A DNA stretch of 64,000 nucleotides from Octopus vulgaris (Eukaryota). Shown in pieces: positions 37,713 to 51,056 of the stretch; position 1 is the first letter of the stretch; each line of letters begins with the position of its first letter. The notes beneath the pieces were generated by a model. That model saw only the letters and a list, made by a program, of their open reading frames with translations. It did no database searches and was not told the origin of the DNA. The stretch lies in contig OX597822.1 in the NCBI GenBank assembly GCA_951406725.2, positions 71,734,001 to 71,798,000 on the forward strand, written 5' to 3'. A program made the position numbers and the translations under genes.

Positions 37713-38741
37713 GCTGAATATTCTAACCACTATGACATGGATTATCACACCATCTGTGTAATGAGTTTAATGTGGTATAGCAGCTATCATCTACAGCACA
37801 GTCCTTCAAGGTTTTACTATGATAATTTGACACTCCCAGAGTATATTTGGCATTTTTGGACTGATCTAAAACAATTTTTATATTATTGATTTCATCTGAA
37901 TTGATTGATGCACAATTGACCTTGTTTGTGAAAATATTTTGGATCTGGGTTTGCATCCCCAAATCAGATTTTGTTCCATTATATTGAGCTTGAGAAGAAG
38001 ACCCATCAAGCTGAGCAAAATCACAGTGTCACACAAAATGGCACCCATGCCCATGACACATAAATGTTCTGTGGTGTCATGCAAATGGCACCCATGCTGG
38101 TGGCACGTAAAAGCACCCTCGGAGTGGTTGGCATTAGGAAATGCACCCAGCCGTAGAAAACCATGCCAAATTAGACTGTAGCCTGGTTCAGCCTTCTAGC
38201 ATGCCAGCCCAGTCAAACGTCTAACCCAAGCCAGCATAGGCCAGTATAGACAACAAATGTTAAATCATGATGATGGTGATGATGATACATATATATAAAT
38301 ATCAAACATTATTACAAAGTCAGAAAACAGAGTGGTCTAATGGAAACAAATTAACTTATTAATTACTTAGCATATAATAAATTAATTTGTATCTATTAGA
38401 TCTCTATTTCCTAACTCGATAATAATGTTTGATATTTATGAAATTTTATATAATAATATATTCATTGAAGAAATATCTCTTAAAAATATAATATACTAAA
38501 CCAGTGTATCTTGGATAAAATATTCCTATAACAGCTTTATGTATCCTCATTGTGTCTATATATATGTGTGTGTGTGTTTGTTTGTGTATATAAGTTTACA
38601 AGATGAAATTAAAACTTTTAAAATGAAGATAGTTACTTGCAGAGATGCACAAGCAAATTTATGTAAGCATATCATTAAATTCAATGAACAATACTCACAG
38701 CCCGCTTAAATTTTGAGATGTCTGTCTGTCTGACTCTCTCA

Positions 38742-38789
<48 letters not shown>

Positions 38790-38793
<4 letters not shown>

Positions 38794-39066
38794 CCAGCCT
38801 CGCCTGGCCCTCGTGCCAGTGGCACATAAAAAGCACCATCCGTTCATGGCCGTTTGCCAGCTCTGTCTGGCACCAGTGCGGGTGGCACGTAAAAAGCACC
38901 CACTACACTCACGGAGTGGTTGGCGTTAGGAAGGGCATCCAGCCGTAGAAACACTGCCAGATTTGACTGGGCCTGATGAAGCCTTCTAGCTTCACAGACC
39001 CCAGTAGAACCGTCCAACCCATGCTAGCATGGAAAACGGACGCTAAACGATGATGATGATGATGAT
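38790..39066 (+). mobile_element. RTE 3' UTR fragment
   Basis: Tail family match. Confidence 0.75.
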
Positions 39067-39067
39067 C

Positions 39068-39672
39068 CAGGGTGCATAAGGTGTTTGAGGACATACCCTT
39101 TTTGAGTCATTACTGCATTTTTTGCTAACTCTATATAATCTTTGTTTCAGAAAATAATAATGGTAGACCCTCATCTTACTCAAAAAATGAAGAGGCATGC
39201 TGTTATTGTGGTTATAAAGGCTGAGCATAGCGATTTAAAAATATCTCGATTTTTAAAAGTTGCCAGATCTTTCGTCTACAAAGTTTGTAAGGAGCTAGAG
39301 ATTGAAGATGGAAACATATCACCAATATCAAAGCATAAAGAGCATTCTAAACGCCCTGAAATCATCAGAACACCTGAATTTATCCAGTAAGTTCAACAGA
39401 CCATTGATTACAATCCCAGAAAGTCCATGAGATCAATTGCAAAAGATATTGTGTCAGAAGGGACAGTCAGAAATGTTGTCCACGAAGACATCAGATATAT
39501 ATCTTATATGATGAGGAAAGGTCATTTTGTCAGAAAAAACAAAAGAAAATCACTACATCAGATCTAAAAGGCTCTTGAATACACTGAAAAATCCAGCACA
39601 TGAAGATTTGATTTGATTTTTCTCAAGCGAGAAAAACCAAGATTAGAAAGTTAACAGAAGGAATGACAAGTG
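39068..39672 (+). pseudogene. Tc1/mariner-superfamily (maT/DD37D-like) 5' fragment with decayed transposase
   Basis: CAGGGTG terminus; HTH MKRHAVIVVIKAEHSDLKISRFLKVARSFVYKV, NPRKSMRSIAKD, VSEGTVRNVVHED and FFSSEKN. Confidence 0.8.
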
Positions 39673-40479
39673 ACATTCACACATGCTCACCCACACTCTC
39701 ACACACTTACACTTGTGTAGACACATGCTATGGGCCTTGAAGCATTTTGATCCACCTAGTAAAATTTCTTTGAGAGCCCTTGGATTTAACCAGGAGTACT
39801 GACAAAATGGTAAGTCTATATTCTTAAAAAGGTGAAAAGTTAACACCTGATACTTTGAATAAAATGTGTTTCTTTATTGACTATAGAAGTAAGAATTTCA
39901 TAATTTTCTGTAGTTTAATTTATTAATCTTCTATCCTTAAAATATTTACATATACAGGCTAACATGCAAAAACACGTTTTATTTTGTTTTTAAAGACATT
40001 ACGTCCAAGAAAGATTCTAACCTATGTTTAACGAATTTAAGACCAGCAGTTTGTAAGTACATGCCAATTGACAAGGGAGATAATTTTAAGTTGTTAATCA
40101 GAGTTAACTCCCTTATTGCCATACTGATTGATTAATCAGCTGAGGGGCGCTTTTATGCTATAATTTAATTGGTTGAATTGAACCATCGCTTTGTTTACAT
40201 ACTTAATCGTCCAGAGTTCGATTCATACCAAAAAATACGTTTTTATGTTTAACTTGCTACAATATTTCATATGAGGGCTACACACAAGTAAACAATCAAA
40301 ATTTGAATTCGTACAAACGTACAAAACAAATAGATTATTACAACTATTACCGTAGTTGATGGTGTGTGTGTGTGTTTTATTGTATATTATCTGAAGTGTG
40401 CAGTATTATATATCCATCACGGCCGATACTACCAATTGGTTTCACGCTAGGGGTACAACACTCCCGTAAGGGTCTAGCT

Positions 40480-40918
40480 TGACCCTGCCTAAGATTTGAA
40501 ATCAAATCCACCTGCTTGCCCCTTGGTCTAGCTGACACAAAAGAGGAAGATATAGGAAATCCTCTTTGTTATATAGACTATGGTGAGTAATGTAGGTCAA
40601 ACCTTAAACGAAGGACTGACCTTTCCTTGACCAGTACAGGTCCTAGGGACTCTTCCTCATCAATCATCTGGTGTGGAGAGGATTTCCCACTCGTTTTGAC
40701 CCTGTCTGAGATTTGAAACCAAATCCACCTGCTTGTTGCTTGTCAAAACGAACGGAAAATCCTCTCCCCACCAGATAATTGATGAGGAAACATCCGAGTC
40801 CCCAGGACCTGTACTGATCAATGAAAGGTCAGTCCTTTGCTTAAGGTGTTTGATCTACATGACTGACAATAGTCTATATAACAGAGAGAATTTCATATCT
40901 CTTCCTCTTTTGTGTCAG
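40480..40918. repeat. Long imperfect inverted repeat (~170 bp arms) whose loop is duplicated upstream
   Basis: Arms 40532-40700 and 40742-40918; the loop gatttgaaaccaaatccacctgcttg recurs near 40493. Confidence 0.85.
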
Positions 40919-42030
40919 TATGGAGCAACACCCGCTTTTGCGTCACCCTTAACCAAGAGCAGCACTTCCCTTCGCCCTTCGCTCGACATGCGAAGAGAGG
41001 CTTTTGGCTGCAAGAAAGACGATATCACCTTTATCCTTCCTTCCTTTCTAGTTAGCACCATGTATTCCTTACTCTTTCACTTTCTACTAACAGACAGCTT
41101 CTACACTATCAACTACTAACCAGTGAGCCATCCTTGTCACTTTCACTAGAATTACTACTGTCTCTATAACTACCTGTCGGGCAAGCGAATAAACATTTGT
41201 AAATAATATTTCTTCCTTTTTGGTGTTGATTCTTCGATGTTTACTGGTAGTCCATCGTGAGAGCCTTCAAATGTTACATCTACACGCTACTTTCAGTAGT
41301 GGTCTACATCATATCTAACTGATATGGCATCGCATCTATCCCGCTACACTCTGATCATATAATCGCAGTGTTACCTAACATTCCGTTCTATCCCTAACGC
41401 GGAACCGATTGATAAGATCAGCCTTGATAGATATATTATACCGTACACTTTGTATGATATACCCACTCTATTGACAGAAATACGTGTGCACCCTTTTCCT
41501 GAATTATGGACTTTTAGACGACTCACACATGTGTGTGTGTGTGTGTGGCGATCATATTAGATGCATCTCAGTTTCACCAGCGTATATTCATGAGATGTGG
41601 AGGCACATGGCCTAGTGGTTAGAGCAGCGGACTTGCGGTCGAGGGGTTGTGGGTTCGAATCTCATCCTTAAACAACCCTTATTCAGAGACCTTTTGAGCG
41701 GGATGGGCTACTCAACCTGAAGAAAATTCTAACTGGGCCCCACCTGCAAGGTCATGCGCTGTTTATCTTGATATGAGATCACCATGTCGCGCACATATGG
41801 TTGTGATGCATGTTTCCAAAGGTGAATTGTCCAAACCCCAAAGAATTCCTCTCAACACATGGCTATGATGCTCCCCCACTACTTCTGCTCGTGATCAGAG
41901 ATGCACATATCGTCAGCCACTAAGGGACATGCTCAACTGGTTAAGGTCAAACAACTGACAAGCAAATCTGTGGTATTGAGCAGAATATTTGCTGTAGCCC
42001 ATCTTTTATACCAAGACAAAACAATATACA

Positions 42031-42091
42031 TGATAACACTTCCAATCAGTTAATAACACTTCCAATCAGTTGATAACACTTCCAATCAGTT
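42031..42091. repeat. Three copies of a 20 bp unit (gataacacttccaatcagtt) ending an unclassified repeat
   Basis: Direct reading; followed by (ATT)n. Confidence 0.85.
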
Positions 42092-42092
42092 G

Positions 42093-42135
<43 letters not shown>

Positions 42136-42142
42136 CTTACGG

Positions 42143-42790
42143 AAGGTGGCGAGCTGGCAGAATCGTTAGCACGCCAGGCGAAATACTTAGCGGTATTTCG
42201 CCTGCCCCTACGTTCTGAGTTCAATTTACGCCGAGGTTGACTTTGCCTTTCATCCTTTCGGGGTTGATTAAATAAGTACTAGTTACGCACTGGGGTTGAT
42301 AATCGACTTAATCCGTTTGTCTGTCCTTGTTTGTCCCCTCTGTGTTTAGCCCCTTGTGGGTAGTAAAGAAATCGGTATTTCGCCTGCTGTTACGTTCTGA
42401 GTTCAAATTTTGCCAAGGTCGACTTTGTCTTTTATCCTTTCGAGGTTGATTAAATAAGTACCAGTTATGCACTGGTGTTGATGTAATCGGAAAATGGCCA
42501 GATCCCCAAAGCTGCCTTTGTGGTAAAAATTTGAAATAGTTACTATTACTAGCTGAACCTGTGAAAAATTCACAGGAAACATAAAAAATGTCAGCATCTG
42601 TAAACAGTGTACTGGTTGCATGAGAAACGTTTACATATTATGACAGTCTGTCTTTACATTCTGAGTTCAAATTCTGCCGAGGTCGACTTTACCCTTCGTC
42701 CTTTCAGGGTTGATAAATTAAGTACCAGTTGCATACTGGTGTCAATCTAATCGACTGCCCCCCCCCAACATTTTAGGTCTAGAAAAGTAT
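42143..42790 (+). mobile_element. Tandem SINE B units
   Basis: Dimer at 42143-42540 plus a further unit near 42645. Confidence 0.85.
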
Positions 42791-43469
42791 ATTATGACAG
42801 TTACAGAATATAGAAAGTAATGTAACACCAATGACTATATAATCCAACCAAAATATCTCAGTTACACAAACGTAAACGGAATTACTATTTAACCTTAAAA
42901 TATATCGTACATATTCAAAGAACCTTCTTGGTTTTGTGTTACGGAACGTTTTTCTGGTATTCTTTTATTCTTTTACTTGTTTCAGTCATTTGACGGTGGT
43001 CATGCTGGAGCACCACCTCTTAGTCGAAGAAATTGACCCCTGGACTTATATCCTGTAAGCCTGGTGCTTATTCTGTCAGTCTCTTCTGCTGAACAGCTAA
43101 ATTACAGGGACGCAAATGCACCAACATCGGTTGTCAAGCAATGGTGGTGGTGGGACACACACACACACACACTCATACACGTGCATACATACATACGTAC
43201 ATACATACATACATACATACATACATACATACATACATACATACATACATGATGGGCTTGGTGGTAGTGGTGATGCTGGCTGATGCGATTTTGTGGTTTG
43301 CTGGTATGCCGAGAGAGATCCAGTGGGCCCCTAACTGGTTCCCCGATCTTAAAGGTGTGCTGGTGATGCTAGCTGGTGCGGTGGTCTTCCTCACAGTACT
43401 TCATAGTAGACAATATTTTGTGTGTATGTCACACCATGTTTTTGGCCTTATCTGTTATCCCAATTGAGT

Positions 43470-44080
43470 GTCATAACTCTTACTTTGATATTGTTCATAG
43501 ATCGTGCTCTTGAAAATGTGACATATAATTGGCCATGAGAAAATACTAGTTGAAGTAAATGTATTCAATGTTTTCCCTTGAGCCTTATTAATTGTCATTG
43601 AATATACAAGTCGAAGTGGAAAACTGAAATCTGTTTAGTGTAAATGGAATATTTGCAGCACTTGGGCTAAGTTTAATTCAGGAAATTAGAACTGTGCGGT
43701 CTCTGTTGGAGCCTGTTACCAATGATGCCTCTACACAATGTTCATGAAGTCTTTGCACTTTCATGCGAGTTCCATTACATAATCCGTGACTGATCAAAAG
43801 ATTTCTTAGCAACATTAAAATAGCCCCTACTTTTAAGTTGAGGCGATGAGGAAGCATACTGGATGGAGTGAGTGAGTTTATGAATTGAAATGGATAGTTC
43901 TGAACCTCCTCTTCATTATTGCAGGACACTGAATCCGTGCTTAAGTACGTTTTAAGTGCCTCTGGTATAATATTAAGAACTTTTTCATTTATTGCAAGAC
44001 AGTCAGAATTTTTAGGAGATGAAATTACTTGTTTTTCCATTTCTTCTGGTGTGCACTTGTTGAAACTTTCTGGGGACAAA
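43470..44080 (-). pseudogene. Helitron PIF1-like helicase fragment
   Basis: SPKN, LPHRLNLKVGAILMLLRNL..GLCNGTR and QFPLRLVYSMTINKAQGKT, with a stop and frameshifts. Confidence 0.92.
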
Positions 44081-44222
44081 TATACAAATTGAAATGCAAA
44101 AGAACGAAATAATATATGGATTTATGAATGAAAGTTTGGTAATTGCGTTTATTTCCACCACACGACAATTATTATTGCAAACATGTTTTAACTAACCTAA
44201 ACTATACACACACACAAATACA

Positions 44223-44288
<66 letters not shown>

Positions 44289-44624
44289 TGGTCTCGAGTT
44301 GTAGCTGTAATTCAAAGGAGCCAGCCTTGTCATATTCTGTGTGAGGATAAATTTCCCTGAGAACATCGTTAATGTTATGCATGTCTGTGGAGTGTTCAGC
44401 CATTTGTGAGTTAATTTTATCCTCGTCTAGTAATGAAAAGGGAAATTGACAGGCAATGTTTGCTGTGTGTATGTATCTATGTTTGAACTTTTCTTTGGAT
44501 TTATGTATCTACTGTCTCTCTTACTTGCTCTCTTTCTCTTTCACTTCTTTTGTGTTCCTCTTCTCTTCCATTTTGATTTAACAATGTGTACATGTATCTA
44601 TGTATCTACTTCTCTTGCGATGTG

Positions 44625-44899
44625 ATAAACATTTAAAAACACAAAACAAACGCCGTCACCACTCACTGTCTCTTTCTCTCTCTCTCACTTTTCCTCTCTC
44701 TCTAACTCTCTTTCTTTCTCTATTACGTCCTCTCTAAAACATTTAAAAACACAAAGCAAACACCAGCACTACTCACTGTCTCTTTCACACTCTCTCTCTT
44801 TCTGTCTTACTTCCTCTCTGAAACATTTAAAAGCACAAAACGAACGCCGTCATCAGTCACTGTCTCTTTCACTCTCTCTCTTTCTCTCTCATTCACTCA

Positions 44900-44943
<44 letters not shown>

Positions 44944-44960
44944 TACTTCCTCTCTGTCCT
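44625..44960. repeat. Three ~95-110 bp units (aaacatttaaaaacacaaaacaaacgccgtcaccactcactgtc plus CT tract), probably Helitron-internal
   Basis: Units near 44628, 44737 and 44821. Confidence 0.75.
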
Positions 44961-45856
44961 CTTTCTCACTTTGCCTTTTCTTTGAAGTAAGTGTGACGCA
45001 CACAACAGGTATGTACAAAAACAAAAAAATTAGCATATTAATGTTATTGATACTTGTGTTTGTTTTGATATTAAGATTGAAAAAATTGACCTTGTTTGGA
45101 AAAAATTTTAGACCTGGGTTTGTACCCACAAGCAAATATCATTCTCCCACTTATGGACAGTGGACTATCATAGTCATTACAGCATCAAATTGAATGTCAT
45201 GTTGTATTTTTACTGGCTGACAAACCTCTTAGAACTGACTGTACTGAATCCTATCAAAGCTAATGTTGTCTTTATTCCTTTTGGAGCTGATTTCTGCTTT
45301 CTCCAAATCTGACTCTGCTATGTGAAGGGGGCCACAGAAGTAACATTCCAATCACAGCCTTACCAATTCTTTTACAACCACCCTGAGGTCACAAGAACAA
45401 AACCAAAAGAAACTGTATCGACAGTTAGAGGTCAGAGAGGTCATGAATGGATTGTCAACCAGATTCTCAAAGTATAATTTGTAACAGAATGTTGTTGTTG
45501 TAATTGTTGTTTTACTTCAAGTCAGCTCTAAACAAGTGGACCCATGTCTTTCCCATCATTTTCGGGATACTTGCAGACTACATTATCCGATGTGTATTTT
45601 TCTCACTTTTCTTAATGGAGTATGATTTGAGGGAAATTTGGTTGTTATTTCTTGCAGGTCAAAGCAACTAAAAAGAGGCTCTCTTAGGAGGTTTTGCCAG
45701 TTGGATTAGTGAATTCTTTGAGGTTGTTTTGTTTTGTTTTTTGTTTTTGATGGCCTAATATTTTATTAGTGGAGGTTAGTTCTCTCTTTCCAAATTAAGG
45801 AACAACGATTCTATTTTGATGACAGCTGATGCCATTGAAACTAGTGAACTAATTTT

Positions 45857-45891
45857 CATCATCGTCACTGTCGTCATCGTCGTCGTCATCG

Positions 45892-45924
<33 letters not shown>

Positions 45925-46320
45925 CTACTACCACCACTTCCACTGCCATTGCTGCTCCTGCTGCCAGTGCTGCTGCCATTGCTGCTGCCACTGTTGTTGT
46001 CATTGTCATCATCATCATCATCATCATCACCACTGCCACTGCCTCCACAGCCACTGCTGCGACCACCATTGTTGTTGTCACTGTTGTTGTCATTGTCATC
46101 ATCATCCTCATCATCATCATCATCATCATCACCACCACCGCCACCACCACCACTGCCACCTCCACTGCCACCACTGAGGCCACCATTGCTGTTGCTGCTG
46201 TTGTTGTCATTGTCATCATCATCACCACCACCACCACCACTGAGGCCACCATTGCTGCTGCCGCTGTTGTTGTCATTGTCATCATTATCCTGATCGTCAT
46301 CATCATCATTATCATCATTT
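45857..46320. repeat. Higher-order compound trinucleotide repeat (ATC/ACC/GCT/GTT)
   Basis: The block caccattgctgctg..gttgttgtcattgtcatcatc repeats four times. Confidence 0.9.
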
Positions 46321-47599
46321 AATGTCTATTCTCCATGCAGGCATAAGTAAAAGCGTTGACAGAAGCTGAAGAATCTCATGGTAGAAGACTGAAGCTGACA
46401 GAAAAAATATAAAAAGATAAAGATTCTGTATTTGTACAATACACATTTCAACAGTGTATAACAAAATCACTCAAATATGAAGAATTAGAACTTCAAAGAA
46501 AGCATTCACATCTTTGTGAACAATGGTTTGAAAAATAAAATGATTTTCATTTCAGGCTATAATTTTGTTGATGATTAGAAGCTCAATGGTGGTGAATGGA
46601 AGATGGTGGAGATTACAGATCAGAGAATCAAGAGTTCAAAACCTAGCTGTAGCTATATAACCATTTCTCTGAACTTTTATGTTTTGTTCTTATTCCACTC
46701 TACCTGACGGAACAGAACAGAACAGACATTATACTGTTCTGATGTTGAGAGCTCATGTCTGGTTATGTCTCATAGCCTATTTCAGCTTACCCATGCTATC
46801 ATAACAAATATAAGTAAAACTAAAGAGAGGGAGAAAAAAAAAATAAACAAAAGCACTCAATACTAACGTAGCATTAATTAGATTAATGGAATCTAGTGAA
46901 ATTGAGACCTTTTATATTCTTATACAGCGTTGCATTATTTCTACTAATGTTATTCAGAATGAAAGTGTCAGCTAATTGGCAACGAAATTGGTGATATCCC
47001 CAGATGTCTACTGTGTTAGCCTGACAAATAGACAGTCTCCTTCAGATAATTAAACTAACTCCATTAATACTATTACTGAAGTCATTTATTGAACTGACGT
47101 TAAATGCTCTGAGAGATAGTCATCACAATAATTGATTGACAATGCTTTGAACAAACTAACAACTGTGACAAAAAAGAAAAATGAATATTTAAATTGAAAT
47201 GGTGGTAGTGATCATAATTATCCATAAAATATATCTTTGGTAACAAGTAATGCTTTTGGTTATCTTAGTTTACATAAAATGGGATCAATAACCATGAAAT
47301 ATAAAATATAAAATGCTTACATTATTCTTTTCTGTAGTATAATTTAGCAGCATGGCTAAATAATCAAGCTGTTCACTTTTCATTTATCAGATCCTGTGTT
47401 CAACCCCATTTCATGGTATCTTGTTTTTTTTTACTGTTGCCTCTGGTGAACCAAAGCCTTGTGAGGGAAACTGAATAGATGGAGACAATGTAGAGGTTTG
47501 TTGAGTGGATTGTAATTGTAAGTTAAGGGTTGAAGTTTGTGGTGCTGGTTCAACCTTATCAAATGTGATACACAAGACATATTTCCCTGGCATGCCTCA

Positions 47600-49465
47600 T
47601 ATATGATAAATATATTCCCAATTTTTTTCAACCTCTAGAGTAACTTGGAACTTATGAAAGAAATATATATGCTCAATTAAACTTGAAAATTATTATTAGT
47701 ACTAATCTAAAATAGTCAACTACTTTGATATCTTAGATATCACCATGAATTTCAAACAAAGGCTTGACTATTGAACATATTACTAACAACATAAGTTGAT
47801 GTATCTTCCACTTATCCTCAGACAATACCATTTTCAATAAAGCCACTCCAAATTTTTATATTATTCTAGAAAAACTGGCTTAAAAGAGAAAAGATCACCT
47901 GTGTCAAACCCATCTCTGTTATGTCAAGGGTGTGTAAACACAGAAAAACCTTGTGGCTCAATCCACCATGCCGTACGTTATAACCAATGTAGGTAAATGA
48001 TTCCTTACCCAAACTGACAGCCAGTTTCCACCAACACACAGTTATATAAATTTTAATAGAAATTCTGTAAAAGGTTGTGATTGTTGTTTATGTAATGGAT
48101 CACAAATATTTAGAAATAACAAAAAATGTTAGTTAATCTCCTCATATGCAATAGTTGTGCAATTACAGATCCCTGATAATGTTCCCTTGAATATGAGATG
48201 CCTCGATAAGAAGCTCGTATATAGAGCTGATATGCTTGTTGACAGATCACCAAGGATTTGGTCAAGTGGCCTCATTTAGAAATAGATAGAAATATAACTC
48301 AACGTCATCTTCATCATCATCATTTAGCATCTGTTTTCCATGCTGGCATGGGTTAGATGGTTTGACTGGGACTAGTAAACCGGGAAGCTGCACCAGGTTC
48401 CAGTCTAATTTGGCTACAGTTGGGTGCTCTTCCTAATGCCAACCACTCCAAGAGTGTAGTGGGTGCTTTTAATGTGTTATCAGCATGGGTCCCTTTTATG
48501 TGTCACTAGCATGGGTGCCTTTTGTATGTCACTGGCATTGACCACAACTAGTATTTCACTTGATGTGTCTTCTCAAGCACAGCAAATCTCCAAATGCCTT
48601 GATCGCTTGTCATTACCTCCTAGAGACACAATCAAAATTTGTCAGAAGCTTAAAAAACCCAAGAGCAAGAAACTTACTTATCAGTTGGAACATTACAGCC
48701 AAAGAAAATAAGCACAAACGGACAAAGAACCAGAGACATCCATTGTATTATGAAGAAACCAAAGATAAGGCAGCGGGCTGGTAGAATTGTTAGCACACCG
48801 GGCGAAATGCTTAGTGGTATTTCGTCTGCCGCTATATTCTGAGTTCAAATTCCGCTGAGGTCGACTTTGCCTTTCATCCTTTCTGGGTCGATAAATTAAG
48901 TACCAGTTATGTACTGGGGTCGATGTAATCAACTTAATCCATTTGTCTGTCCTTGTTTGTCCCCTCTGTGTTTAGCCCCTTGTGGGTAGTAAAGAAATAG
49001 GTATTTCGTCTGCTGTTACGTTCTGAGTTCACATTCCACCGAGGTCGACTTTGCCTGTCATCCTTTCAGGGTTGATAAATAAAGTACCAGTTACGCACTG
49101 GGGTTGATGTAATCGACTTAATCCCGTTGTCTGTCCTTGTTCGTCCCTTCTATGTTTAGTCCCTCGTGGGCAATAAAGAAAAAAGAAACGTTAGCACGCC
49201 AGGAGAAATGCTTAGTGGTATTTCGTCTGCTGTTATGTTCTAAGTTCAAATTCCACCGAGGTCGACTTTGCCTTTCATACTTTTGGGGTTGATAAATAAA
49301 GTATCAGTTACTCACTTTGGTCGATGTAATCGACTTAATTCCTTTGTCTGCCCTTGTTCGTCCCTTCTATGTTTAGCCCCTTGTGGGCAATAAAGAAATA
49401 AGAAACCAAAGATATTGGTCTTACTTGTGATCATATGCCATAGAATTGAAGAAACATTTCCTTCT
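47600..49465 (+). pseudogene. Highly decayed Penelope-like element ORF (RT C-terminus, linker, GIY-YIG region) split by insertions
   Basis: Remnants LDITMN, WLNPP, TNVGK*FL..DSQFPPTH, FNRNSVK, CNY..P..P and SKFVRSLK..ISWNI..EETKDI. Confidence 0.65.
48768..49399 (+). mobile_element. Trimeric SINE B flanked by one 15 bp TSD
   Basis: aagaaaccaaagata at 48753-48767 and 49400-49414. Confidence 0.9.
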
Positions 49466-50633
49466 TGCTCCCCCACCACCCGCAAAACATTCCATGTTAC
49501 CAGCTTTCAAACACAATCCCACCATCTCAAACCAGCAATAAATTCAGTTTGACTAACTCCACCCCTTTTACACCCTCCAACTCAAGTTTCCATGTGTATC
49601 CCACCCCATGCTATTTCACAACATACCACAAAACATGCCACATCTACTCATTAATTCCATTCTGCATCGCAATAAATGTTGTGATACATCATACACATTT
49701 ATTCATACGCTAGCATTTCCCCCTACACATGTATAAACATACATGTATGCATACATACACACACACACACTTACTCACATATGTGCATATATCCCTAAAC
49801 ATATACGTACAAGTATACACACATACACACATATATATAATGCATGTATGTACATATATATACATAGGCATAGTATTCCCCACCCCAAGAGGCATTACAA
49901 ATTAGTCTAGCCCTGCCCAGCACTCATCAGACCACACCCACTCGTCATTTACTTCACCACTGAAACAACAGGTCACTAGCATCTACACATATTTCTACTC
50001 ACACACACACACACACCACCCCACACCCCCACCTCCACACCCCCACACACATGCAGGCACAAGGTATTCACCATCCCTAGACAAGCCACAGATTACACCC
50101 ACCTACCATCCAGACCTCTCATCTACCACTTAATGTTTCTCCCCCTCTCTCTCTCTCTCTTTCTGTTTCTCTCTCTCTCTCTCATTACCTTCTGCCATTA
50201 TTTTGCTTACAAAACCAAAATTTAAATTTGCTGTTACTTGTACTTTGTCAAAGACATACCAGTAATCCATTGATCATCATCATTCACTTAACATCCATTT
50301 TCCATGCTGGCATGAGTTAGACACTTTGACTAGATCTGATGTGTCCAAGGACAGCTCTCTGCTCCATTGTCTGCTTTGCTATGGTTTCTAAGACTGGATG
50401 CCCTTCCCAATGCCAACCAGTGCTAGTGTGTTTATGTCCCCTGTAACTAGAGTCCAGTATTAGAGATAAATAGAAAAGGTACCAAGCTTAAAAAAATACA
50501 TGCTGGGGTTGATTCGTTCGACCAAAATTGTTCAGTGTGGTGCTCCAGCATGGCTACAGTCTAATGACTGAAATAAGTAAATGATAAAAGATTATATAAC
50601 ATATTTATCTATCTATCTATATATATATATATA

Positions 50634-51056
50634 GGCATAGGAGTGGCTGTGTGGTAAGTAGCTTGCTTACGAACCACATGGTTCTGGATTCAGTCCCACT
50701 GTGTGGCACCTTGGGCAAGTGTATTCTACTATAGCCTCGGGCCGACCAAAGCCTTGTGAGTGGATTTGGTAGATGGAAACTGAAAGAAGCCCGTTGCATA
50801 TATATATATATACATATATATATATATGTATGTGTGTGTATAAGTTTGTGTGTCTGTGTTTGTCCACCCCAACATCACTTGACAACCGATGGTGGTGTGT
50901 TTACGTCCTTGTAACTTAGCGGTTCGGCAAAAGAGACCGATAGAATAACCACTAGGCTTACAAAGAATAAGTCCTGGGGTCGATTTGCTCAACTATAGGC
51001 AGCGCTCCAGCATGGCCACAGTCAATTGACTGAAACAAGTAAAAAAGTAAAAGAGT
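50634..51056 (+). mobile_element. SINE family A, full length
   Basis: Consensus match. Confidence 0.9.

Noticed and set aside
45776-46322. Long ORFs on both strands
   Set aside because: Stop-free trinucleotide repeats.
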